Source of the DNA: a virus
Virus record (IMG/VR): IMGVR_UViG_3300025151_000024
Span: 1 to 64,000 of that record
Length of the DNA: 64,000 nucleotides
Direction: 5' to 3' (one strand)
How positions within the stretch are numbered: the first letter of the stretch is position 1; every line of letters starts with the position of its first letter. Shown in pieces: positions 16,562 through 24,178 of the stretch. The notes under the pieces are model-generated. The model searched no databases and was not told the origin of the DNA. It saw nothing but the letters and a program-made list of their open reading frames with translations. Made by a program: the position numbers and the translations under genes.

Positions 16562-18057
16562 ATCAAGAAGAAAAGAAAGCAGACGCTCAATCTATGAATA
16601 TTAGAGCAGCAAAAATAATTGTCGAAACTTGCCAGTCTACACTCGGCCCTATGGGTATGGATAAGATGATGGTAGATGGGGCAGGTAATGTCATTGTAAC
16701 TAATGACGGTGCAACTATTCTTCGTGAATTAGATGTCAGTCACCCCGGTGCTAAAATGATGGTAGAAGTAGCAAAGACACAGGAATCTTTGTGTTACGAT
16801 GGTACAACCAGCACAGTAGTTCTAGCGGGTCAGTTACTTGCTAACAGCGAAAGTCTGTTCAGTAAGGGGCTCCATCCCAATGTAGTTTGTAGAGGATACC
16901 ACGAAGCCGCAACTATGGCTACAAAATATCTTCAAAGTGAAGTAGCATTTACTGGGGATGAAGAAGTACTGAAAAATATAGCAAAAACCGCAATTACTGG
17001 TAAAACTTTGGAAAGTGCTACTGAAGTTGTGAGTCAAATCTGTGTAGATGCTGTAATGCAAGCAGGAGAAGCAGACAAGGTAAGAGTAGTCAGTTTACCC
17101 GGTGGTAGCATAGAAGAATCATTCCTTTTCAATGGTGTAATTCTTAGCAAAGATTTCGTATTAGATTTCGCCCACGAAAAAGAAATGAAGGTAGTTTTAA
17201 TTAATACTGGATTGGAGAATGAGAAAACAGAAGAAAATATCTCAATTCAAATGGGGGCAGACGAGTATTCTCAATTCAAACAATCAAGCAGTGATAGTCT
17301 TCTAGACAAGGCAAAGAAGATAGTTTCTATGCTAGATGGTAAAGGCGTTGTATTCGTAAGAGATGGAGTACACGATAGTATCTGTGCCTATCTAAAGAAA
17401 AACGACATTGGTGTTGTAAGGCGAGTGCCTGAAAGTATGATGAAGGCTCTTAGCAGCGCACTAGAGTTACCTGTGGCTCAGACTGTAAACGACATAGAAA
17501 ATGTAACTGACATGGAACTTGTAAAGCAGAAGCATAACGATGTCTACTATCTCTTTGTTACTGGAAATGTCGAGAGCGACCAATCAACTCTAGTTCTTCG
17601 TGGTGCTACTCAATCAACACTTGATGAAGTGGAAAGAGGATTCGATGATGCACTGGGTGTAGTTGGTATGGTAAAAGACGAAAATAGTGTAGTGTATGGA
17701 GGAGGCTCTAGTTTTGTTGCTATGGCTTCACATCTACGCAATCATGCCGCTAAGATAGGGGGAAGGGCACAAATGGCAATAGAAGCCTTTGCAGACGCTC
17801 TAGAGGTTATTCCTGCTACCATAGCGGAGAATGCTGGGCATGACCCACTAGATACTGTTCTAGCGATGAGGACAAAAGTGTTAGAAGGCGATTTAACACA
17901 TGGACCTGATGTAACCGAAGGTGGTATTGTTTCAATGAAAGAAAATAATATTGTAGAACCTTCTAAATTGATTAAACAAGCAGTGCTTAGTGCAACAGAA
18001 GTAACTACTGCAATTTTGAGAATTGATGATATAGTTAGTAGAAGGCCGGTGGAGTAA
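16558..18057 (+). CDS. Group II chaperonin (thermosome subunit)
   Basis: STLGPMGMDKMM, TNDGATIL, (Y)DGTTS, LRGAT...DEVERGFDDA, YGGG, AENAG, ILRIDD; likely start ATG 16558. Confidence 0.96.
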   Translation: MNQEEKKADAQSMNIRAAKIIVETCQSTLGPMGMDKMMVDGAGNVIVTNDGATILRELDVSHPGAKMMVEVAKTQESLCYDGTTSTVVLAGQLLANSESLFSKGLHPNVVCRGYHEAATMATKYLQSEVAFTGDEEVLKNIAKTAITGKTLESATEVVSQICVDAVMQAGEADKVRVVSLPGGSIEESFLFNGVILSKDFVLDFAHEKEMKVVLINTGLENEKTEENISIQMGADEYSQFKQSSSDSLLDKAKKIVSMLDGKGVVFVRDGVHDSICAYLKKNDIGVVRRVPESMMKALSSALELPVAQTVNDIENVTDMELVKQKHNDVYYLFVTGNVESDQSTLVLRGATQSTLDEVERGFDDALGVVGMVKDENSVVYGGGSSFVAMASHLRNHAAKIGGRAQMAIEAFADALEVIPATIAENAGHDPLDTVLAMRTKVLEGDLTHGPDVTEGGIVSMKENNIVEPSKLIKQAVLSATEVTTAILRIDDIVSRRPVE

Positions 18058-18248
18058 TGGGGCGACTGATGGACAAGTTGAATGTAACTTGTCGAGCGTG
18101 TAGCCATAAGCACGTACCTCGTAGACTAAGTGCAAGATACCATGATGAATTTAAGAAAAGAATTCATCTTTGGCAATGTAAACAATGTGGGCATTTTTGG
18201 CAAGACTCTACTTTTAAGCCAAAGCGTTTATTTGGTGGGCGATGGTAG
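18057..18248 (+). CDS. TFS/TFIIS C-terminal Zn-ribbon-like microprotein
   Basis: CRAC-x9-SARYHDE-x9-CKQCGHFW vs TFS CxxC-x9-QTRxxDE-x7-CxxCGHxW. Confidence 0.6.
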   Translation: MGRLMDKLNVTCRACSHKHVPRRLSARYHDEFKKRIHLWQCKQCGHFWQDSTFKPKRLFGGRW

Positions 18249-18424
18249 CATTGATAGGAGGTTTGCTACGCTAAACGGTGTATTTTTGGTTTCTACCCTC
18301 TTTAGGTCGTTCTGACGTTTGTGTTTTTCCTAGTAGCAAGTGCGTATCTCTTCATCTCCTAATTCTTCTTCGCACTTCACCGTACCTCCATTAAACACAC
18401 AAAAACGAAAGGGAAAAATACTAG

Positions 18425-18443
18425 TGGTGTATTTTTTACACCA
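18425..18443. other. 7-bp stem-loop (TGGTGTA-ttttt-TACACCA) in the convergence zone
   Basis: Perfect inverted repeat; GGTGTATTTTT also occurs near 18277. Confidence 0.45.
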
Positions 18444-18513
18444 TGACCCGACCAGCCTCGACTTGCAACATGATGATGAAATTTTTAGATGAACTATTTG
18501 AGGGGTGGGAAGA

Positions 18514-18657
18514 TTGATTGACGTAAGCACAATTTCAAAAGTTTTAGAGGGTGAAATTGATACTTCATTTCTACCCGCTTACATTATGATAGGTTTTGTT
18601 TTTGTTATGGGAGCATATGCGGGTTGCTATGCACTTTATCAAAAGTCTAGAGTCTAA
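18514..18657 (+). CDS. 47-aa single-pass membrane microprotein
   Basis: TTG start after GAGGGGTGG; MIDVSTISKVLEGEIDTSFLPAYIMIGFVFVMGAYAGCYALYQKSRV with a hydrophobic helix and basic tail. Confidence 0.55.
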   Translation: MIDVSTISKVLEGEIDTSFLPAYIMIGFVFVMGAYAGCYALYQKSRV

Positions 18658-18672
18658 AAATCACCCTTCTAT

Positions 18673-18960
18673 TTAACCTGTCAATTCGTTTTCCAATACC
18701 CAATCGGGTAGAACTGGTAGGTTTTCATATGCCTCATCAGCAGTATCATAATCAGTGATATCTCTCCATGCCTGTCTGTAAGTTTGGATATCTGATAACT
18801 GAGAGTCTGTAAGCCCTCTATCGGGGAGAACGAATGAGTCAGTATTCTTCATCATCATTTCTCTTTCGATAAATATTTCTTCCCATGTTATAGTTATCTC
18901 TAAAGTTTCGACTGTTACTGTTCCGTCTTCTTCGTATATTTCACGCCTTACACTTACCAT
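18673..18960 (-). CDS. Tail fibre assembly chaperone-like protein
   Basis: ER...TDSFVLPD...YRQAWRDI matches the phage tail-assembly-chaperone pattern R...sD...pD...YRqaLRD. Confidence 0.75.
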   Translation of the reverse strand: MVSVRREIYEEDGTVTVETLEITITWEEIFIEREMMMKNTDSFVLPDRGLTDSQLSDIQTYRQAWRDITDYDTADEAYENLPVLPDWVLENELTG

Positions 18961-18972
18961 ACATCTCTCTCC

Positions 18973-19668
18973 TTAACTATAATTTAAATTGAATAGTATA
19001 TACCTACTACTTGGTGTTCCCATTTTGTATTGCATGCCCGAACCACCCGTTGCGAATGTTGCGGGTGGGTCACCACTAAATGTTCCCCACCTTGATACAC
19101 CGGAAAAGGGTTGGTTGCTATATGAGCCACCTGTTACCCTACCGGATAAATTAGGTAATCCTCCTATTGATGTTTTCATCTTACAAGTGCCGGGAAAATC
19201 AGAAAAAGTCGCTTTACACACAAACCAATATATATCTCCGCCTGTAACAGTAGGACTTGATATTGAAGTTATATTCTTATATCCGGTTGTCGAAACATCA
19301 ATATCTGTTTTACGAAGAATAGCCGTTTGCCCGCTACAGTCACCATTAGCATCACTTGGATAAATTGCTACTGCTATTTCATCTCCCGATGCGCCCGCCG
19401 TTCCTACTTGTAATTCAATAGAGGCTAATGTTCCGTCTTTCGGCATAACAAAGGGATAAGCGTACCATGCGTTACTTTGCATAAAATAATTCATAGTGTA
19501 ACCTGTTGATTGCCCATCCACACCAAAAACACCGTAAGATTTGTGAAATGAATGGTCATAGTTTGCATCCATATCTATCGTTTTATATCCGGGTGGGTCG
19601 CCAGCAGAAGCCCCTGCATCTTGCATTGTTCCATCGCTTTTCATTTGTCTAAACGGTTGTCTGCCCAT
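18973..19668 (-). CDS. Putative virion/tail-tip beta-sandwich protein
   Basis: Gly/Ser/Thr-rich, beta-rich; lies between the fibres and the fibre chaperone. Confidence 0.5.
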   Translation of the reverse strand: MGRQPFRQMKSDGTMQDAGASAGDPPGYKTIDMDANYDHSFHKSYGVFGVDGQSTGYTMNYFMQSNAWYAYPFVMPKDGTLASIELQVGTAGASGDEIAVAIYPSDANGDCSGQTAILRKTDIDVSTTGYKNITSISSPTVTGGDIYWFVCKATFSDFPGTCKMKTSIGGLPNLSGRVTGGSYSNQPFSGVSRWGTFSGDPPATFATGGSGMQYKMGTPSSRYILFNLNYS

Positions 19669-19679
19669 TCTTAATCACC

Positions 19680-21161
19680 TCATGGATGCAAAGTAGCGTA
19701 TACAGAACCCGCTAATGTTGCTGTTGAACCTTGTGTATTTTGGAATCGTATTAACATTTTACTCCCTACTGGAACATAAGTTGCTTCTAAAACTCCAATA
19801 GCCGCAGCACCATCAAATATTTGCCCGTAAGTAGTATAATTCACGGTTGTTCCATCGAAATGAGCAACAATCATTTCTGTTTGAACCTCATTATTTGTTG
19901 AATCTGTAATATGTACACTTGCGGTTATTGCTTTATGGTCTGCACTTGCTACTTCTATTAAACTCAAATAAGCGGTGTTTGCAGTAGATGTACCGCTAAC
20001 TACTGCACCTGTTTGTGATACACCCATTAAAGTCATTTTAGCACCCGCTTGTGCATCAGACTCTAATTGCATTACTTCTGTTTGTGTTCCATTAGCAAAT
20101 ACTCTAAATTCAAGCGAGCCATCATTTGAACCGCTTGTTACATTATCTGATACTGCTCGTATTCTTGCATAACTTCTTTCGCCTCCTGCTGAATCTTCTC
20201 CATCAAAACCAATAGCACCTAAAGCATCACCATCAGCAGGGGAATCTGTATTTCTATACATTTTGAGAATTGGCCCATTGTTAGCATCACTATCGCCATC
20301 AACCAACATTAGAGTTGGGCCTGTATCTGAGCCTTCTGTTTCATCTCTTGTTACTGTTAATTTTCCTGTTGTTACACCGCTTGGATTGTATGTAGTATCT
20401 CCGATTTGTACTTTACCCGAACCATTAGGTTCTATTACTATATTACCATTAGATACTGATGTTATTTTATTCCCATTAACATCTAAATTCCCACCTAATT
20501 GTGGGGTTGTATCATCCACAACATCGGAAATACCACCACTAACAGTAGTCCATGATACAGCCGCCCCACTACCACCGGAAGTTAAAACTTGACCTGCTGT
20601 ACCATAGTTAGCACCTTGAAGACCCCATTCATCATTCGGAGTTATTCTAAACGCTTCTGACGCGCCTAGACCGCCCGCTTTTGCATAAAATTTCAATCCT
20701 TGAGTTGATTGAAAACCTAAAGCAGCCTTTGAGTTATCACTTGCATCTCTAAACTCTAAATAAGCATTAGTTCCGTTAAGTCTTAGTCTAGTATAGTTAG
20801 TTGTACCGTCAGAAAGACCGAATTTCAAAACAGATGTACTACCTGACCCACCTAAAGCGGCAGTAAATCCTGCTGAACCTTCTATTTCATCGGCTGTGGT
20901 TGAACCTACTCCTACTTGGTCTTCTGAAATTGAACCTCCGACACCACCACTAACAGCATCAGCAACCCACTTCGACCCATCCCATTTGAGAAACTCACCG
21001 CTGCTAGGAGAGTCTTGACCTATCTTTGTGACATTACCTGAGCCATCGAAAGTAAAAGCGGCTGTGCCACCTGCTTCTTTCAACGAACCCCCATCATCAA
21101 GAGTTATGTCGTCAGTCACTATAAGTCCATTTTTTACCTTAAAATCCTTTTTTGTCGCCAA
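19680..21161 (-). CDS. Tail fibre-like protein 3
   Basis: FLKWDGSKW, GQVLTSGG, DTTPQLGGNLDVNG fibre modules; TTG start after GGTGA. Confidence 0.75.
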   Translation of the reverse strand: MATKKDFKVKNGLIVTDDITLDDGGSLKEAGGTAAFTFDGSGNVTKIGQDSPSSGEFLKWDGSKWVADAVSGGVGGSISEDQVGVGSTTADEIEGSAGFTAALGGSGSTSVLKFGLSDGTTNYTRLRLNGTNAYLEFRDASDNSKAALGFQSTQGLKFYAKAGGLGASEAFRITPNDEWGLQGANYGTAGQVLTSGGSGAAVSWTTVSGGISDVVDDTTPQLGGNLDVNGNKITSVSNGNIVIEPNGSGKVQIGDTTYNPSGVTTGKLTVTRDETEGSDTGPTLMLVDGDSDANNGPILKMYRNTDSPADGDALGAIGFDGEDSAGGERSYARIRAVSDNVTSGSNDGSLEFRVFANGTQTEVMQLESDAQAGAKMTLMGVSQTGAVVSGTSTANTAYLSLIEVASADHKAITASVHITDSTNNEVQTEMIVAHFDGTTVNYTTYGQIFDGAAAIGVLEATYVPVGSKMLIRFQNTQGSTATLAGSVYATLHP

Positions 21162-21186
21162 ATTATCACCATGATTTCACTTTCCA

Positions 21187-24165
21187 TCATTTGATTAGAA
21201 GTGTGTTTACCACACTGTAAGAGTATGTCCCTGTAGAAGCCGGAGTAAATTGCAGGTCAATTGTAGAAGTGCCCTTCACTGCATCAATTGTACCTAAATC
21301 ACTAGCGGCTGTTGTAATGTACGCATAAGTTGTTAAGAAAATATTAGCGGAAGCCGCTGGAGCAGAAGCACCCTCGTATGTAACTAAAACTTCCATACAA
21401 TCTGTATCAGTTCCATCGCTAACCTGAACTATGAATTTAGCAGTTCTATATGTTCCGAATGCATAGTTAGCAATATCATAAGCGGTACTTCCTGTCCAAG
21501 ATTGACCAGTTGCTTCTGAAACGTCCATTATGGCTACTACTGTGGCTGAATCTGCGGCGGAATTAGCACCACCAGTCAATTGTAAACCGTCTGCTTCAAG
21601 AGCACCAGTAGCGGTTAAATCTCGCAAATCGCCTATGTCTTTGTTAGAATCAACAACTAATGCCTTACTAGCCGTTACAGTACCGGCTGTGACTCCATCT
21701 AAAACACTCAGTTCGGCAGCAGAAATTGTGTTTGTACCGTTGTTAAGGCTCAAAGTGCCTGTACATTCTATGTTTCCTGAAACATCCAAACTTGTACCTA
21801 CGATACTTCCACCAGTCAAAGTCCCTGTAGTAGAGATTGCTGATGAACCAGTATTTATTGTGCCAAAGCCGGAAGTAATGCTACCACTGTTTAAAGCACC
21901 AACTGTTGTTAGAGAAGATGTAGTAACTCCACTTCCTAATGTTGAGGCAGACAAAACACTAGCGTTGTTTATTTTGAATACTTTTCCTGTAACTAAATTC
22001 CAATGCTCACTACTTGTCCAGTTATCATTTGAGTTATCCCAAGTAATTGTGTGGTCAGTTGAACCCTTTAGAGTAATACCACCACCATCGGCAGTTGTGT
22101 CACTAGGAGAATCAACTGTTCCTAATTCTATATTCTTATCATCAACTTGTAAAGTAGTAGAATTCATTGTTGTAGTAGTTCCATCTACTGTTAAATTTCC
22201 TGTTACGGTTAGATTATCGTTAATTGTTACTTCAGATGTAGTATGACCTATAGAAATTGGAACTCCACTTGTTGCTGTACCGATTGTAATTCCATTTGTG
22301 GTGTTTGAGTTATCTATGTTTAGAGAAGTGGTTGCATCAAGAGAAATTGTAGCACCATCAACTGTTAGATTGTTGTTGAGGTCTGTTGCGCCACTTACAG
22401 TAAGACCTGTGAGAGTTCCAACTGCTGTAATTTGGCTACTTTGGTCTGCATCCACAGCAATTACAGCGTTAGTTGCAGTAAGACCAGCACCAGCCAATAG
22501 TGTAGCAATTCTATCTACTGTTGTTTTTCGGTTGGTTCCACCTGCACCATCATCTACTATGAACAAATCACCTGACGCAAGCCCCCCACCAATGTCGGTC
22601 ATTCCGTCAATGTCCAAAGAGAAAGTTAAGTCGTAAGGGTCTCCGTCAGAGCCCGTTGATACATCAGTCCAGTTAATTTCTATTCCATCCCCATCAATGA
22701 ACTTCACTTCTTTATTTTCATCAATTGTGACTTCTGTACCGTCCCCATCCTCTAAAACGAAACCGCTTCCCATTCCGTCTGCGCCACCTGCGGCGGCTAT
22801 CCAAGTCATTACTCCGCCTGTTGTAGAAGAAAGTACGTATCCGTTGGAAGCAGGACCAGCAGGTGGTAATGTGTAACTTACAGAAGCGGAAGACGAACCG
22901 CTAGCCTTGATTTTTGTAGTTTGAGAATTGTTGTTAAATTCCAATGTCGCTCCGTCTTTAGACAAACTAGCATTACCGCTTACATCTAATTCAAACATCA
23001 AATTAGCAGGTAATAAAGCGGCATTAGAACCGGGTGAATCATCAAAGTTTGTACCTGCATATCCAATACCGAAATATTCTGTTGAAGAAGCACCTTGAAT
23101 TACCCTACCTACACCGAAATGGTCGCCTGTGCCGCTTCTACCTACAGTGAACATCACACCTTGACCTGTACCGGGTACATCTTCTGCGTTATCAAGAAGA
23201 AACATATTACCTAATTTATTGTAGGTAGTACCGTTTATGTCGTCATTTGAAACATCAGTATGCAATCTTGCTTCAACGTAATTTAATGTTGTACCACTCG
23301 TACCCGAAAGTGGGTCACCATTAACTTGGAGTCTAGTATTAGTTTCTCTAGCAGTACCATTTACTCTAAGCCAACCCTCGCCTCCTGCTTTTTCTACTGT
23401 AAGAGATGTAAATGTACCTCCAGCGGCACTACTACCACCAATTACCGCACCATCTATTGTACCACCGTTAATATCGGCTGTAGTAACCGTACCCAAATTT
23501 GCAATAGTAGTGCCGCTAAAAGTTGAATTCTTACCAAAAACAATTTGCTCACTTGAATTTGTTGTTATGAATTTGATATAAGAATTTGAACCTTCTGTAA
23601 TATTTAGAGCATCAGCAAGGTTATCTCCTAATGATATTTTAGCAGTAGTTGATGCAGCACCGCTAAAATCAACATTTAACCCAGCAGCAGAAGCATCAAC
23701 ACTAATACTATCGGCGTTTATATCACCAACATTAGTGATATTGTTATCACCAAGACTCAAATCTCCAGCGAGTGCGGTAATTGTAGTTGTACCGATAGTA
23801 CCTCCCGATACCTTATCACCACTAATTTGGTCGTCAGCGAGGGTAAGTGTACCTGCTGAAACATCTAAAGTCTTACCGCTGCCTACTGTAATATCAGATG
23901 TGTTTATTGTAGTACCATCAATAGTTCCACCATCAATGTCTACCTTTGTGATATCTACTTCTCCACTACCTTTTGGAGTAATTGCAATGTTGATGTTGGT
24001 GTCAGTACCGTCTGCTTGTAGAGTAGTACCTGAAAGTGTTACACCTGCTGCGGCTACATTGGTATCAAATGTGGGAGCGTACACAACATTTCCGCTGGCT
24101 ACGGTTATGTCGCCACCCTCAACATCTATACCTTTCTTTACTTTGAAATCTAGTTTTGTGCCCAT
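21187..24165 (-). CDS. Tail fibre-like protein 2 (992 aa)
   Basis: INGGTIDG repeats, YTLPP...GYVLS, GNLTVDGTTTT...GGGITL module; G/S/T/D-rich. Confidence 0.78.
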   Translation of the reverse strand: MGTKLDFKVKKGIDVEGGDITVASGNVVYAPTFDTNVAAAGVTLSGTTLQADGTDTNINIAITPKGSGEVDITKVDIDGGTIDGTTINTSDITVGSGKTLDVSAGTLTLADDQISGDKVSGGTIGTTTITALAGDLSLGDNNITNVGDINADSISVDASAAGLNVDFSGAASTTAKISLGDNLADALNITEGSNSYIKFITTNSSEQIVFGKNSTFSGTTIANLGTVTTADINGGTIDGAVIGGSSAAGGTFTSLTVEKAGGEGWLRVNGTARETNTRLQVNGDPLSGTSGTTLNYVEARLHTDVSNDDINGTTYNKLGNMFLLDNAEDVPGTGQGVMFTVGRSGTGDHFGVGRVIQGASSTEYFGIGYAGTNFDDSPGSNAALLPANLMFELDVSGNASLSKDGATLEFNNNSQTTKIKASGSSSASVSYTLPPAGPASNGYVLSSTTGGVMTWIAAAGGADGMGSGFVLEDGDGTEVTIDENKEVKFIDGDGIEINWTDVSTGSDGDPYDLTFSLDIDGMTDIGGGLASGDLFIVDDGAGGTNRKTTVDRIATLLAGAGLTATNAVIAVDADQSSQITAVGTLTGLTVSGATDLNNNLTVDGATISLDATTSLNIDNSNTTNGITIGTATSGVPISIGHTTSEVTINDNLTVTGNLTVDGTTTTMNSTTLQVDDKNIELGTVDSPSDTTADGGGITLKGSTDHTITWDNSNDNWTSSEHWNLVTGKVFKINNASVLSASTLGSGVTTSSLTTVGALNSGSITSGFGTINTGSSAISTTGTLTGGSIVGTSLDVSGNIECTGTLSLNNGTNTISAAELSVLDGVTAGTVTASKALVVDSNKDIGDLRDLTATGALEADGLQLTGGANSAADSATVVAIMDVSEATGQSWTGSTAYDIANYAFGTYRTAKFIVQVSDGTDTDCMEVLVTYEGASAPAASANIFLTTYAYITTAASDLGTIDAVKGTSTIDLQFTPASTGTYSYSVVNTLLIK

Positions 24166-24178
24166 TTAATTCACCTTA

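Noticed and set aside
16385-16575. Adjacent genes both starting MNQEE (16385 and 16558)
   Set aside because: Only ~15 nt of purine-rich similarity; could be chance or a trivial local duplication.
18249-18510. tRNA gene in the largest intergenic region
   Set aside because: No cloverleaf, T-loop GTTCRA or acceptor stem found by eye.
18330-18530. 66-aa minus-strand ORF in the convergence zone
   Set aside because: No RBS or recognisable motif, and it overlaps the better-supported + strand TM ORF.
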